DNA of 37,407 bases from NCBI GenBank assembly GCA_038320275.1, contig JBBQEB010000015.1, forward strand, positions 1 through 37,407. The letters are read 5' to 3'. Shown here one piece after another: positions 20,501-30,160 of the stretch. This stretch comes from Myxococcales bacterium (lineage in GTDB: Bacteria; Myxococcota; Myxococcia; Myxococcales; Anaeromyxobacteraceae). The first letter of the stretch is position 1. The number at the start of each line of letters is the position of its first letter. The notes under the pieces are model-generated. The model had not been told where the DNA came from, made no database searches, and was given only the letters and a program-made list of their open reading frames with translations. Both the position numbers and the translations under genes were made by a program.

Positions 20501-22762
20501 AGCCGTGAGAACCGCCTCTCGCCGTTCGCCAACGATCCTGTCCAAGACCCCACCTCGGAGGCCCTGCTCATCCGGGACGAGGACACCGGAGCGGCCTGGT
20601 CGCCGACGCCGGGGCCCCTCCCGCGCACCGCCGGGAGCGGCCGCTCCCTGATCCGCCACCGCGCCGGCGCGACGCGCTTCGATCGGTCGGCCCACGGGAT
20701 TCGCCACGGCCTCGACGTATTCGTCCACCGCTCCGACCCGGTGAAGCTGCAGCTCCTCACGCTCGTCAACGAGGGGCGGGTGACGCGGCGGCTGAGCGTC
20801 TTCGCCTACACCGAGTGGGTCCTCGGCCCGCCGCAGCGCGGACAGGAGCGGCAGGTGGTGACGGAGGCGGACGCCGCCACCGGCGCAGTGCTGGCGCGGA
20901 ACCCGCGCAATCGCGACTTCGCCGGCGCGGTGGCGTTCGCGGCCGCGAGCGAGGCGCCCCGCTCCTGGACCGCCGACCGCACCGCTTTCCTCGGCCGGAA
21001 CGGCTCGCTCGCGGGCCCCGCCGCGCTGAAAGGGGCGTCGCTGACGCCGCGCTTCGGGGCCGGCCTCGACCCCTGCGCCGCGCTCCAGGTCACCGTCGAG
21101 CTGGCGCCCGGCGCGTCCCGGACGCTGGTGTTCCTCCTCGGCCAGGGGCGCGACGCCGAGCACGCGCGAGAGCTCGTCATGGCCCACCGCTCTCCGGAGG
21201 CGGCCGCCCAGGCGCTCGCCGACGTGCGGCGCGACTGGGACGCCACGCTCGACGCGGTGACGGTGAGCACGCCCGACGACTCCTTCGACGTGCTCATGAA
21301 CCGCTGGCTCGTGTATCAGGTGCTGGCGTGCCGCTTCTGGGCGCGATCGGGCTATTACCAACCGGGCGGCGCCATCGGTTTCCGCGACCAGCTCCAGGAC
21401 GCGATGGCTCTCGGAGCCACCCGTCCCGAGCTCCTGCGCGAGCACCTGCTCCTCGCCGCCTCTCGCCAGTTCGTGGAGGGCGACGTCCAGCACTGGTGGC
21501 ACCCCCCGGCCGGCCGCGGCACGCGCACGCGCTGCTCCGACGACCTCCTCTGGCTGCCCTACGTCGCGATGGAATACGTGCGCACCACAGGGGACGCCGC
21601 AGTGCTCGACGAGGTGGTCTCCTTCCTCGAGGCAGCGCCGCTCGCGCCGGAGGCGCAGGACGACTACGCCGAGCCCAAGGTCTCGTCCACCAGCGCGCCG
21701 CTCTACGAGCACCTGCTTCGCGCCATCGACCGCGGCATCACCGCGGGAGCGCACGGGCTGCCGCTCATGGGCAGCGGCGACTGGAACGACGGGATGAATC
21801 TGGTCGGTCGCGCGGGCAAGGGCGAGAGCACCTGGCTCGGCTTCTTCCTCTACACCATCCTCACGGAGATGGCGCCGCTCTGCGCGGCCCGGGGCGATCG
21901 GCCCAGGGCCGAGCGCTACGCCGCCGAGGCGCGGCGGCTCTCGGGCGCCCTGGAGCGGAGCTGGGACGGAGAGTGGTACCGGCGCGGCTACTACTACGAC
22001 GGCACGCCCCTCGGCTCGTCGCTGTCCGACGAATGCCGCATCGACTCCATCGCGCAATCCTGGGCGGTCCTGTCGGGCGCGGTGCCGGCCCGCTTCGCCG
22101 ACCGGGCCACCGACGCCATGCGCTCGCACCTCGTCCGGCGCGGCCCCGGCGTCGTCCTGCTCTTCGACCCCCCCTTCGACAAGACGGCGCAGTCGCCCGG
22201 GTACATCAAGGGCTATCCGCCGGGCGTGCGCGAGAACGGCGGGCAGTACACCCACGCAGCGGCGTGGGTGGTGATGGCGCTCGCGAAGCTCGGCAGCGGC
22301 GACGAGGCGGTGGAGATGTTCCACATGCTCAATCCGGTGAACCACGCCCGCACCCGCGCTGACGTGGATCACTACCGCGGGGAGCCCTACGTGCTGGCGG
22401 GGGACGTGTCGTCGCACCCGGAGGCGGCGGGGCGGGCTGGCTGGACCTGGTACACCGGCTCCGCCGGCTGGATGTACCGAGCGGGCCTGGAGAGCATCCT
22501 CGGGCTGCGCCGCCGGGGCGGGACCTTCGAGATCGACCCGTGCATCCCGGCCGCGTGGCCGGAGTACACCATCCGCTGGCGCGTCGGCGCGGCGATGTAC
22601 GAGATCCACGTGGCGAACCCTGCGCGCCGCTCCCGAGGCGTGGCGAGCGCGAAGCTGGACGGGGTGGACATCGCGCCGGCCGCCGTCCCACTGGCGAGCG
22701 ACGGGGGGGTACACCGGCTCGAGGTCGTGATGGGGGACCCAGGCGCCGCCGGCCCGGCGTGA
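14522..22762 (+). CDS. ndvB: Cyclic beta-1,2-glucan synthase (Cgs/NdvB/ChvB; GT84 synthase, cyclising domain, C-terminal GH94 phosphorylase)
   Basis: About 2750 aa. Motifs [105 protein letters not shown] and [10 protein letters not shown]. Start is likely the GTG at 14522 (GGAG upstream); the frame is open from TTG 14471. Confidence 0.93.
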   Translation: MFQSRSFHSFLFREDGGATGAQPLRAELLSLERLEERARALAGRYTVDPARKPALGVFRRFDENARFLRDAYRTLGDDVHRGEFVTPAAEWLLDNFHLVGAQIREVRSNLPRAYFSELPKLASRELAGDARVYALAVELIRHTDSRLERGQLARYLEAFQSVAPLALGELWAWPSVLKLALIENLRRLAEELLAGRAARRAADAYVERIDAVGHGSAAQLPSKLHIACVVQLLQRVREYGPRLAAVRAELDAHLAELSLAPEECIRAEHQREAASQVSVANAITSLRLCAEIDWSTFVESVSLVERVLQRDPAGVHGRMDFLSRDRYRQAVEELAERTGEAQVRVALRAVESARLAAEREGPSARAAHVGDHLIGKGRRELEADVAYRPGTWKGLRRFAFAHATFTYLASIAIFTALLIGAGVAYARHAGATTGLTLGVALLLLLPASEVAIALVQRLAARAVPPRRLPRLDFTIGVPDDARTLVVVPTLLGSVPGVQDLLAHLEVLALANLDPRIHFAILGDFADATSRELPDDAAIVSAASAGIDELNARLSDGRGDRFFLLHRGRRWNESEGSWMGWERKRGKLEELNHLLRGAKDTGYDLQIGDVSVFPSFRYVITLDSDTRLPRDCAKKLISIIVHPLNRPMYDRAAGRVTSGYGILQPRVSVTTDSAAGSAFARIFAGHTGVDPYTTAVSDTYQDLFGEGIFTGKGLYDVDAFTASLEGRVPENAILSHDLFEGLHARAALVSDVEVVDDYPTSVLAHARRQHRWARGDWQILYWLLPWVPTREGWARNRLPLISRWKILDNLRRTQLAPATVVLLLFSWTAFPGRPWVWTASVLAGLAFPVYSVLLSLLRGPRPLQPASVFLRGLAEDASLAAMRVVLQVAFLASQAYDMLHALVITAVRLFVTRRRLLEWQTAAATAGLGRGLGPRAFVVSMIASPVLAGGAAVLVSAARPIALLPASPFLVLWTAAPLLAWALSQPAARREAPLSSSERELFLGVARRTWKYFEAFMGAEDHALPADNFQEIPAPVIAHRTSPTNIGMGLLSALAAHDLGFIGDEELVDRVDATLTTIEGLERLEGHLLNWYDTFSLAPLAPRYVSTVDSGNLAGALLTLAEGLRELARSAPTPAATVQHRLEPLAARAIAFADGMRFDFLYDTQRRLLSIGYRVADADGPGGLDPSRYDLLASEARLASFIAIAKGDLPEAHWFHLGRSVTSIAGTPTLLSWSATMFEYLMPLLLMRQYPGTLLDDTCRMAVRRQREYGAERGIPWGISESAYDAVDRHDTYQYKAFGVPGLGLKRGLADDLVVAPYATALAALVDPVAAAVNLRRLAREGGEGSYGFYDALDYTGRHGREDAPPHVPGAPRKPVVVKNHLAHHQGMTLVALADALQDGRMVKRFHADRRVQATELLLQERPPRHAPILRPRPDDAARLAQPIEPVAVRRFRSAQTAYPHAQYLSNGTYTVAISNAGGGASFCRGRAVTRQRDDPTRDPGSQMVYLRDVRGGNVWSAAYHPLGVEAGDDLVTFAVDKATFQRRVKEISTQLDVAVSPEDDVEVRRLTVTNHSDRPREIEVTSYAELVLEPVQDDLAHPAFGKLFVESEYVPDASALLFRRRQRAPEDPPVWAMHVLAHEGRAQGPVEWEADRGRFLGRGRGLENPQALDGRPLSGTTGALLDPCASLRRRFRIAPGGVARLSFATGMATSREAALALAQRYHDPASAPRTFALAFAHSRSAQRHLGVSPEEALLFERLASRVFYADASLRAGPEILARNTLGQEGLWPHGISGDVPIALVRVTSSEGAALVRQVLQAQEYWRLKGLVADVVILNEFALSYLDEMQAQLTGLLDDGPWRTWKSRPGGTFLLRGDRMPEPERILVQAFARAVLRDDRGSLAQQLERPTAVESEPVPAPFVPRRTATPEVTAAARPEVPALALANGVGGFANDGREYVIVLEGADETPLPWSNVLANPGFGTIVTASGAAFTWAGNSRENRLSPFANDPVQDPTSEALLIRDEDTGAAWSPTPGPLPRTAGSGRSLIRHRAGATRFDRSAHGIRHGLDVFVHRSDPVKLQLLTLVNEGRVTRRLSVFAYTEWVLGPPQRGQERQVVTEADAATGAVLARNPRNRDFAGAVAFAAASEAPRSWTADRTAFLGRNGSLAGPAALKGASLTPRFGAGLDPCAALQVTVELAPGASRTLVFLLGQGRDAEHARELVMAHRSPEAAAQALADVRRDWDATLDAVTVSTPDDSFDVLMNRWLVYQVLACRFWARSGYYQPGGAIGFRDQLQDAMALGATRPELLREHLLLAASRQFVEGDVQHWWHPPAGRGTRTRCSDDLLWLPYVAMEYVRTTGDAAVLDEVVSFLEAAPLAPEAQDDYAEPKVSSTSAPLYEHLLRAIDRGITAGAHGLPLMGSGDWNDGMNLVGRAGKGESTWLGFFLYTILTEMAPLCAARGDRPRAERYAAEARRLSGALERSWDGEWYRRGYYYDGTPLGSSLSDECRIDSIAQSWAVLSGAVPARFADRATDAMRSHLVRRGPGVVLLFDPPFDKTAQSPGYIKGYPPGVRENGGQYTHAAAWVVMALAKLGSGDEAVEMFHMLNPVNHARTRADVDHYRGEPYVLAGDVSSHPEAAGRAGWTWYTGSAGWMYRAGLESILGLRRRGGTFEIDPCIPAAWPEYTIRWRVGAAMYEIHVANPARRSRGVASAKLDGVDIAPAAVPLASDGGVHRLEVVMGDPGAAGPA

Positions 22763-22771
22763 TCCGGGCGC

Positions 22772-23557
22772 CTATTTGGGGGTGGGCTTCCCGCGCCGGC
22801 CGGTGAGCGCGGGCGCGTCCACCTGGGCGAAGCCGGCCGGCACCTCGAAGGTGTCGGCGCTCACCGAGGTGCGCTGCAGGCTCACGAGCTTGTGCTGAAC
22901 GGTCCGCTCCTCCCCCTCCACCCGCTCCACGGTGGCGGGGAAGCCCGGCGAGCGCTGCAGATCGTCGGCGAAGTTCCGGCCTCGGCCACCATCGCCCATG
23001 CCGGTCGTGAAGCTCTGCACGAACTTCCCGAACTCCACGAGGCCAGCGAGGTCCTCCTTCTTCACCGCGCCAGCGCTCCACGGAATGAGGCAGCCCTGCT
23101 CGTTGTGCCCGCCTTCCTTCTCGCCTCGCACGATGCGATAGGTCTGGCAGGGAAACCCGGCGACGGTGCTCCGAGCCCCGGTGGGCTCGTACTTCGTCTC
23201 CACGTGCACGTCGGCGGACTTCTTGCGCGCCTCGGCGGCGGCGCGCTGCTCCGGGGGGAGCTTGGCGAGGGCGGCCTTGATCCGCGCGCCCACCGCGGCG
23301 GTGTCCGCCTTGGTCATGATGGAGTAGGTCTTCTTCGCGGGATCGAGCTGGTACAGCCGCTGGGCATCCCCGTCGAAGATCATGACGTGCCCCGCGCCAT
23401 CCGTGCCGTCGATGCGGACCTTCTTCCCGTCGAGCGTCATCTTCGACGGGTGTCCGCGCTCCTCGAGCTGCAGGACGAGGCCGGCCCTCCCGCGCGCGGG
23501 GGCGAGAGCTGCGATGGCGGCGGTGGCGGCAAGCGCCGGGAGCGAGAGTCTCGACAT
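22772..23557 (-). CDS. Secreted DUF4412-like protein
   Basis: GGAGG RBS and Sec signal (MSRLSLPALAATAAIAALAPARGRA). Motifs KVRID, LDPAKKTY, TGARSTVAGFPCQTY and FEVPAGF. Confidence 0.75.
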   Translation of the reverse strand: MSRLSLPALAATAAIAALAPARGRAGLVLQLEERGHPSKMTLDGKKVRIDGTDGAGHVMIFDGDAQRLYQLDPAKKTYSIMTKADTAAVGARIKAALAKLPPEQRAAAEARKKSADVHVETKYEPTGARSTVAGFPCQTYRIVRGEKEGGHNEQGCLIPWSAGAVKKEDLAGLVEFGKFVQSFTTGMGDGGRGRNFADDLQRSPGFPATVERVEGEERTVQHKLVSLQRTSVSADTFEVPAGFAQVDAPALTGRRGKPTPK

Positions 23558-23863
23558 GGTGTCCTCCGGGTCGGGCGCGAGGTCCCCCGCGCCCCCTTGG
23601 CGGACTTGCCGGGGACCGGGCGCGCGGGCAACCGCGAAGATCCAAACCCCCTACCTGAGGCGCGCCGATCGCGCCGCGCCCGCGCCGGGCCTCCGCGACT
23701 CGCTCGAAGCGATTGTTCCATCGATGCAAGAGCGGCTGGGCAGAGGGTCATCGCAGCCCGTCCCCTGAAGGTATCTTGTGGATCGTCGCGATGAGGACGC
23801 AGAGTGCACCTTCCCCGATTCACTCGGTGTACGCATGGTCCACCGCAGGCCAGGAAGTCGCCC

Positions 23864-26059
23864 ATGATCCCTCGTCCCGTGCAGCTCGCGCTCCGCTTTG
23901 CGGCAGCGCTCCTCCTCACCGTGGCCGCCCACGGTTCGCTCGCCAGCGAGCTCGTCCGGCAGCGCGCCCTTCCCGGCGCGTGCATCCCGCGCTTTGCGGT
24001 GCCGCTCCCCGTCTTCGGCCCTGGCCCGAACGCCACCCTTCCCCGCGTGGACGCGGCGGCGCACCCCTTCCTGACGGTCACCATGCAGGAGACGGAACAG
24101 CAGGTGCTTCCGCCCTACTTCCTCGACGGGGAGGGCTGCCCGGACGACGCCCGGCCGCGCGCGACGCGCCTCTGGACCTACGAGACGCGCGACCTCTTCA
24201 CCGGCAAGCTGCTGGGCCCGGCGCTCTGGCCGGCGGTGACCCTGGACGCGCGCCGCGGGTTGCCCACGCTCGTGCGCTACGTGAATGCGCTCCCCGCCTT
24301 CGATCCCAGCCGCTCCCACGCGGGCGGGCTGGTGCAGGGGCTCATCTCGGTGGATCGGACGATCCACTGGGCCTCCCCAGGAGGCGACTGCGCGATGGCA
24401 GGGATGCCCGCAATGGAGGGAGCCCGCCCCCGCATGAGCTGCTTCACGCCGTACGTGGGACCGCCCCCCGCCATCACGCACCTGCACGGCGGCGAGGTTC
24501 CGTCGGAGTTCGACGGCAACCCCGACGCCTGGTTCACGCCGACGGGCCAGCGCGGTCCCGCCTACCACACGCTCGACGATCACGGACGGGCGAGCGCCGT
24601 CTTCTGGTATCCGAATGCGCAGGGGCCGGGCACCCTCTGGTTCCACGACCATGCCATGGGGATGACGCGGACCAACGTCTACAGCGGGCTCGAGGGCTTC
24701 TACCTGCTGCGCGATCCTCGCAGCGAGCCCACGGATCTCCCGCAGGGCGCCTACGAGATCGAGCTCGCGGTCCAGGACCGGCAGTTCGACACCAAGGGGC
24801 AGCTCTACTTTCCGGATGGTAGCGGAAAGGACGCGGAGACCTCGAACCTCAACGGCACCCCCCCCAACCCCGAGGTCCATCCGTTCTGGGTCCCCGAGTT
24901 CGCGGGCGACGTGGTGGTGGTGAACGGCGCGCCCTGGCCGTTCCTCGACGTGGAGCCGCGCCGCTACCGCTTCCGCATCCTCGACGGCTCCAACGCGCGG
25001 TTCTACCGGCTCGACTTCGGGCCCGCCAAGGTGTTCCAGATCGGCGCCGACGAGGCCTACCTCGACGCCCCGGTCCGGCTCGATCGCGTCTTCGTCGCTC
25101 CCGGCGAGCGCGCGGACCTCATCGTCGATTTCACCGGGCTGGAGGGCAAGCACATCACGGTGAAGAACGACGCCAGGGTGCCTTACCCGGACGGCCTCGA
25201 GCCTGGAACGGACCAGCCCGGCCTCGACCGCATCCTGCAGTTCCGGGTGACACGCCCTCTCGCTGGGAGGGATAGGAGCTGTGATCCGGCCGGCACGGGC
25301 TGCGGGCGCCCCACGTCGAGCCCGACGGTGCGGCTCGCCGACGGAAGGGGCTCCATCGCCCGAGGCGTGAAGGTGGACCGCGTCCGCCAGCTCGTCCTCA
25401 AGGAGACGGAGTCGGATTCGGGCCCGCTGGAGGTGCTCGTCAATAACTCCAAGTACGAGGGGATGGAGTCGCCCAGCATCGCGGCCGAGTTTCCGCGGGA
25501 CGGCGTGAGCGAGCTCCCCCGGGTTGGATCGACCGAGATCTGGGAGATCGCAAACCTGACCATGGACGCCCACCCGATGCACGTTCACCTGGTGCAGTTC
25601 CAGCTCATCGATCGGCGCCCGATCAAGGTGGACGAGTACCTCGACGCGTACGGAGCCGCCTTCGGGACCGGGCCGGTGCGGCTCCCCGCGGGCTGCGAGC
25701 GCGGCTCCATCTGCCCCGGCTACGGCCCTCCGCTGCGCTATGGCCAGCTCAACGCCGACGGCGCGCTGGGTGGGAATCCCGCCTTCGGTCCCTTTCTCGA
25801 CCGGGACGACGCGATGGGCCCCTCCCGGCCGCCCGCGCCGGAGGAGTCCGGCTGGAAGGACACGGCCAAGGCGTATCCAGGCGAGGTGCTGCGCCTCGCG
25901 CTGCGCTGGGCTCCGACCGACACGGCCGTCGCCTCGGTCCAGCCGGGCTGGAACAGGTTCCCCTTCGACCCCACCAGCGGCCCGGGCTACGTGTGGCACT
26001 GCCACATCATCGACCACGAGGACAACGAGATGATGCGGCCGTACCGCGTGGTGCGCTGA
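23864..26059 (+). CDS. Multicopper oxidase (CotA/bilirubin oxidase-like), exported
   Basis: All four copper motifs present: THLHGG, WFHDH, HPMHVHL and WHCHIIDHEDNEMM. Signal peptide after the ATG at 23864, AGGA upstream. Confidence 0.95.
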   Translation: MIPRPVQLALRFAAALLLTVAAHGSLASELVRQRALPGACIPRFAVPLPVFGPGPNATLPRVDAAAHPFLTVTMQETEQQVLPPYFLDGEGCPDDARPRATRLWTYETRDLFTGKLLGPALWPAVTLDARRGLPTLVRYVNALPAFDPSRSHAGGLVQGLISVDRTIHWASPGGDCAMAGMPAMEGARPRMSCFTPYVGPPPAITHLHGGEVPSEFDGNPDAWFTPTGQRGPAYHTLDDHGRASAVFWYPNAQGPGTLWFHDHAMGMTRTNVYSGLEGFYLLRDPRSEPTDLPQGAYEIELAVQDRQFDTKGQLYFPDGSGKDAETSNLNGTPPNPEVHPFWVPEFAGDVVVVNGAPWPFLDVEPRRYRFRILDGSNARFYRLDFGPAKVFQIGADEAYLDAPVRLDRVFVAPGERADLIVDFTGLEGKHITVKNDARVPYPDGLEPGTDQPGLDRILQFRVTRPLAGRDRSCDPAGTGCGRPTSSPTVRLADGRGSIARGVKVDRVRQLVLKETESDSGPLEVLVNNSKYEGMESPSIAAEFPRDGVSELPRVGSTEIWEIANLTMDAHPMHVHLVQFQLIDRRPIKVDEYLDAYGAAFGTGPVRLPAGCERGSICPGYGPPLRYGQLNADGALGGNPAFGPFLDRDDAMGPSRPPAPEESGWKDTAKAYPGEVLRLALRWAPTDTAVASVQPGWNRFPFDPTSGPGYVWHCHIIDHEDNEMMRPYRVVR

Positions 26060-26089
26060 CGCCCGAAGCCGAGCGATCGCAGCGGGGTT

Positions 26090-26113
26090 GCGGGCGCCCT
26101 CCGGGGCGCCCGC
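26090..26113. terminator. Perfect 10-bp GC hairpin between convergent genes
   Basis: GCGGGCGCCC-TCCG-GGGCGCCCGC between the oxidase stop (26059) and the YbjN-like stop (26147). Confidence 0.5.
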
Positions 26114-26146
26114 GCTCGTCTGGAGCTGCCGGGCGCCCCGGCGCGT

Positions 26147-26569
26147 TCAGCAGCGCATCACAGGCGCGCTGCCGGCCGCCACCTCCTCGAAGAACCGCCC
26201 GGCCATCATGTGGAGCGACGAGAGCGCGCGCCCCAGGAGCTCGGCGCTCGGCCCACCGCGGTCGACGAGCGCCTCGAAGTGGAAGCGCACGACGGTGAAG
26301 CGCTCCGGGTCGATGATGGTCTTCGCCACCTTCCAGGCATCGTTCATCCGGTTGGCGGCGTCGAGGAGCCGGGCCGGTCCGCGCAGCTCGTCGGGCACGT
26401 CGCAGGCGAGGACCATCCCGAAGAAAGCGGGATCGCTCTCGTCCATGAACAAACGGTAAAGGCGGTCCTCCGCCTGGAAGGCGATCTCGGGGTACTCGTC
26501 GGCACTCTGGAGGAGCGGCCGGTAGCCGCGCGCGGCGAGCAGGTCCATCCATGGTTTGGCGAGCGACAT
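26147..26569 (-). CDS. Hypothetical protein, YbjN / type III chaperone-like fold
   Basis: 140 aa from ATG 26569. The pattern LAARGYRP...IAFQAE...LLDAANRMN..WKVAK plus a C-terminal amphipathic helix resembles YbjN-like proteins. Confidence 0.6.
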   Translation of the reverse strand: MSLAKPWMDLLAARGYRPLLQSADEYPEIAFQAEDRLYRLFMDESDPAFFGMVLACDVPDELRGPARLLDAANRMNDAWKVAKTIIDPERFTVVRFHFEALVDRGGPSAELLGRALSSLHMMAGRFFEEVAAGSAPVMRC

Positions 26570-26758
26570 AGGGTGCACCTTTCCGACAGCCAACCTGCTG
26601 GCTTCAATCTACGTCCCCGGCGGACAGGCACGGCCCGCGACAAGACGCCACGCCTGCCCCAGGAATCAGAAGGTCCCCTGGCCGTGGGACGAAAGTGGGG
26701 GGAGACACCCCCAAGGTCGGCCAAAGCGCTCGGGCTGGGGGCTGCTTAGCCTCCTTGG

Positions 26759-27556
26759 ATGACCGCACGCCTCTCCCCCTCCGACCTGGAGGACCTCGCC
26801 CGCGCCCGGGAGCAGCTCGAGAACCCTGGCCTCGCCATGCGACTCGCGGAGCGCGCCGGTGCACCGGTGGAGGTCGTCCTCCGCCGCATGCCCTCGCGCG
26901 CCACCCGCCTGGTGCTCGCCGGCACCCAGAAGGCCCTGGATCGCACGCTGTCCGTGGCGCTCTCCTCCCTCGATGCCGCCACCCCCGGCAAGGCGCGCGA
27001 CTGGCTGCACCGGGCCATGGTGGTGGGCAGCGGCTTCGCCGGCGGGGCGCTCGGCTTGCCCGGCCTGCTCCTCGAGCTGCCGGTCACGACCGCCCTCATG
27101 CTGCGCTCCATCGCCGATCACGCGCGGGCGCAGGGCGAGGATCTCTCCCTCCCGGAGGCACGCCTCGAGTGCCTGACGGTCTTCGCCTATGGTTCCCGCA
27201 GGTCGGACGAGGACCCCTCCCAAGCGCACTATTACGCGGTGCGGTCGGTGCTGGCGCGGCTGGTGGCGGATGCCTCGCAGTACGTGGGAGAGCGCGGCAT
27301 CGCCACCGCCCTGGCCGACCACGCGGCGCCGTCGCTGGCGCGGCTGGTGGCGCGGGTGGCCGAGCGCTTCAGCATCACCGTCACCGACAAGGTCGCGACG
27401 CAGCTCGTCCCGCTCCTGGGCGCGATGGGCGGCGCAGCGGTGAACGCGCTCTTCCTGGAGCACTACCAGTCCACCGCTTCAGGCCACTTCACGGTCCGGC
27501 GCCTGGAGCGAAAGTACGGCGAGGACGCCGTGCGCGCGGCCTACGACGCGGTTTGA
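26759..27556 (+). CDS. EcsC family protein
   Basis: LENPG, GFAGGALGLPGLLLELPVTTALMLRSIADHARAQGEDL, QLVPLLGAMGGAAVN and GHFTVRRLERKYG. Confidence 0.85.
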   Translation: MTARLSPSDLEDLARAREQLENPGLAMRLAERAGAPVEVVLRRMPSRATRLVLAGTQKALDRTLSVALSSLDAATPGKARDWLHRAMVVGSGFAGGALGLPGLLLELPVTTALMLRSIADHARAQGEDLSLPEARLECLTVFAYGSRRSDEDPSQAHYYAVRSVLARLVADASQYVGERGIATALADHAAPSLARLVARVAERFSITVTDKVATQLVPLLGAMGGAAVNALFLEHYQSTASGHFTVRRLERKYGEDAVRAAYDAV

Positions 27557-27602
27557 CCCTCGCGCGGCGCGCGCGGGGCCACGCGGCGGGCTCTCCTATC
27601 GG

Positions 27603-28451
27603 TCACGTGAGCGAGAGCGCAAGCTGGTGCTGCCGCGGGTCGAGGCCGCGGAGCACCGCCGCCCCGTGCCGGCCAGCCCGCTCGCAGGCCTCCACGGGAT
27701 CCAGCCCGGCCGCGGCGTAGAAGGTGAGCGCTCCGGCGAAGCTGTCCCCCGCTCCGTAGGCGCCGCCCCCGCTCACGGTGGGTGATGGTGGCGCCGGGAA
27801 GCGGCGCGCGCCCGCGGCGGTGTAGACCGACCCTCCGGCCGCGCCCTCGGTGAGGACGAGCGCGCCGGGCGGGACGGGATAGTCCTCGAGCGAGCTCGCC
27901 TCGCGCGGGTCGAGCGCGCTCCCCACGACGAGGTCGGCCCGCACGCCCGACGCGACCAGTGCCTCGCGCCGCCGCGCGGTGACGACGAGGAGCCGGGCCC
28001 TCCTCGCGAGCCTCAGCAGCGCCGGATCCTGCGCAGTGAAGTAGGCGGCGTCGCAGAGAGCGAGGAGGTCCCAGGGCAGCCTGTCCTCCGCGGTGGGGTG
28101 CAGCGGCTCCCCGACCACCACGATGGTGCGCTCTCCGTCGGGCGTGATGAGCACCAGGTCGCGGGTGTGAGGCATCGCGCGCTCGGCCGCGTGGACGTGC
28201 CCGCCGCTGCGCCGGAGCTCCACCTCGACGTCGTGCGCGGGCTCGTCGTCCCCGAGCGCGGTGAAGAAATGCGCCTCCACCGGCCCGTGGACGAGCTGGC
28301 TGAAGGCGAGGCCCCCGCCCCCGCCCGGCAGAAACCGAGGGTCCTCGAGATGCGCGATGCCGCCGGGCAGGGGCACGGCCGGAACGCGCCCCAGCGTGAC
28401 GTGCTCGACGTGGCCCAGCACCGCGATGCGCAGCAGCCTCGCCATCGTCAT
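27603..28451 (-). CDS. PfkB/ribokinase family carbohydrate kinase
   Basis: PGGGG, ALGDD, DGERTI, LTEGAAG and the GAGDSFAG anion hole with catalytic Asp. ATGA overlap with the upstream gene. Confidence 0.88.
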   Translation of the reverse strand: MTMARLLRIAVLGHVEHVTLGRVPAVPLPGGIAHLEDPRFLPGGGGGLAFSQLVHGPVEAHFFTALGDDEPAHDVEVELRRSGGHVHAAERAMPHTRDLVLITPDGERTIVVVGEPLHPTAEDRLPWDLLALCDAAYFTAQDPALLRLARRARLLVVTARRREALVASGVRADLVVGSALDPREASSLEDYPVPPGALVLTEGAAGGSVYTAAGARRFPAPPSPTVSGGGAYGAGDSFAGALTFYAAAGLDPVEACERAGRHGAAVLRGLDPRQHQLALSLT

Positions 28452-29554
28452 CTCCCCTGCGGCGCGGGCGGCGGCGCCAGCTCTTCCAGTCGCTCGCGCC
28501 GCAGCGCCAGGAGCTCGCGCATGACGATCTGCCCGGCAGCGGCGACGGGCACCGCGATGATGGCCCCCGGGACGCCCATGAACTCGGCCAGGAAGAGGAT
28601 GGCGAGCAGGGTGACGAGCGGGTTGATGTCCACCGTGCGGCGGAAGATGAGCGGGGCGAGGACGTTGCCCTCGAGCTGCCCGTAGAGGACGAAGTAAATG
28701 CCGACCGCGAGCGCCTTCAGGCCTCCGCCGGTGACGAGCACGAAGAACGTGATGGTGGTGCCCGCGACGAGCGGACCGGCGTAGGGGATGAGGCTGGAGG
28801 TTCCGGAGAGCACGCCCAGCGGCAGGAAGAACGGCACGTGCAGCACGGCGAGCACGGTGGTGGTGAGGGTGGCGTTGATGGCGCAGATGCCGAGCAGGCC
28901 GCCCAGGTAGCCGCCCACCGATTGATAGACCTTTCTGGCCACGCGCCGGTACCGCTCGCGCGCGGAGGGCACCGCCTCCGCCAGCGCCGCCTGCACGATC
29001 TCGCCGCCGAAGACGAGCATGAACACGGCGAGGAAGAGGAAGGCGAGGAGGCCGGCCACGCCGGTGAGGGCGCCGCTCAGCGCGGTGAGCACCGGGGCGA
29101 CCGCATGGGTGGCGGAGGGCGCGGCCTGCCTGACCTGCGCCTCGATGTCGAACTGCCGGTCGAGGCGGATGAAGAGGGGCAGGGCGTGCAGCTTCTTCCA
29201 GAGCGCGGGCGCCTCCGCCACGAGCGCCTTGCCCTGGCTGGCGATGGGCGGGATGAGCAGGAAGCCGAAGCCGACCACCGCCGCGAGGAGGAGGACGAGC
29301 ACCACCGCGATGGCGAGCCCGCGCCGGAGCCCACGGCGGGTGAAGACGGTCACCGCGTGGTCGAGGGCGACGGCAGCCATGGCGCCGCCCACGGTGAGGA
29401 TGACGGACACCCGCGTCTCGATGAGGAACTCGACCAGCGCGGCGACGCCCACCAGGCAGAAGGCGACCGTGAAGACGGTCTTGGGGCTCACCTGCGACGG
29501 ACGGTGAACGAGCGGCTCAGGGGCGGGGGCCTCGGCGGGCTCGGGATCGTACAT
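28448..29554 (-). CDS. AI-2E family transporter (PerM/UPF0118)
   Basis: Multiple TM helices and motifs LIPYAGP and QLEGNVLAPLIFRRTVDINPLVTLLAIL..G..GAIIAVP. ATG at 29554 (TTG 29560 also in frame). Confidence 0.9.
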   Translation of the reverse strand: MYDPEPAEAPAPEPLVHRPSQVSPKTVFTVAFCLVGVAALVEFLIETRVSVILTVGGAMAAVALDHAVTVFTRRGLRRGLAIAVVLVLLLAAVVGFGFLLIPPIASQGKALVAEAPALWKKLHALPLFIRLDRQFDIEAQVRQAAPSATHAVAPVLTALSGALTGVAGLLAFLFLAVFMLVFGGEIVQAALAEAVPSARERYRRVARKVYQSVGGYLGGLLGICAINATLTTTVLAVLHVPFFLPLGVLSGTSSLIPYAGPLVAGTTITFFVLVTGGGLKALAVGIYFVLYGQLEGNVLAPLIFRRTVDINPLVTLLAILFLAEFMGVPGAIIAVPVAAAGQIVMRELLALRRERLEELAPPPAPQGR

Positions 29555-29563
29555 CGGCAAGGT

Positions 29564-30160
29564 TTACCCTCCGGAAAGGAGACGCGCCGCGTCTCCCGGC
29601 GTGTCCACGTCGTGCTCTGCCTCGGGACAGGGCACGCCGACGGTGGAGGGGGACTCGCGCAGGAGCTCCCGCGCGCCGCGGTCGCCCCGCAGGCGGAGGA
29701 GCTCGGGGAAGAGCTCTGCCCCGAGCACGGCCGGCACCCCCAGCGTGCCACCGTACGCCGAGGCGGCCGCGCCGCTCCCGCGCTGCTGGAACGCGCCGAC
29801 GAGCCGCCGCAGATGCGCCGCTTCGACGCGGGGCTGGTCGCAGGTGGCGAGGAGCACCGCCGTGGCTTCCGGGGCGAGCTGGCGGAGCCGCTCCACCCCG
29901 CAGCGGATGGAGCTCGCCATGCCCTCGGGCCAGTCGGGGTTGCGCACCACCACCGCTCCGGACCCGGCCAGCGCCGCCTCCATGGCATCCGCTTCCGCGC
30001 CGACGACGACCACCACCGGCGCGCACCCGGCCGCCGCCGCCGCCGCCGCCGCGCGCGTCACGAGGGGCACACCGCCCGCGAGGAGAAGCCCCTTGGGCGT
30101 CCCCAGCCGGGCGGAACCGCCCGCCGCCAGGATCACCGAGCCGGGTGGAGGCCTCGCCAT
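29564..30160 (-). CDS. Molybdenum cofactor cytidylyltransferase-like nucleotidyltransferase (MocA/YgfJ family)
   Basis: VILAAGGSARLGTPKGLL, NPDWPEGMASSI, CDQP, GDRGAR and DVDTP. The ATG at 30160 overlaps the xdhC stop (TGATG). Confidence 0.9.
   Translation of the reverse strand: MARPPPGSVILAAGGSARLGTPKGLLLAGGVPLVTRAAAAAAAAGCAPVVVVVGAEADAMEAALAGSGAVVVRNPDWPEGMASSIRCGVERLRQLAPEATAVLLATCDQPRVEAAHLRRLVGAFQQRGSGAAASAYGGTLGVPAVLGAELFPELLRLRGDRGARELLRESPSTVGVPCPEAEHDVDTPGDAARLLSGG

Noticed and set aside
14546..22714. Very long antisense ORFs (1511 aa, 1175 aa) and similar shadow ORFs across the window (e.g. 4989..7355, 32681..35713, 250..2196)
   Set aside because: They overlap well-supported genes, are Arg/Gly/Ala/Pro-rich or mirror-frame, and carry no motifs. 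This is the expected stop-codon scarcity at very high GC.
26667..26713. Hammerhead-ribozyme-like look (GTCCC...GGGAC-GAAA followed by a second hairpin)
   Set aside because: The required CUGANGA core reads CAGAAGG, and no proper stem I/III with a cleavage triplet could be built.
30030..30050. (GCC)7 trinucleotide run
   Set aside because: It encodes an in-frame poly-Ala stretch in the MocA-like gene. Common in high-GC genomes and cannot cause a frameshift.
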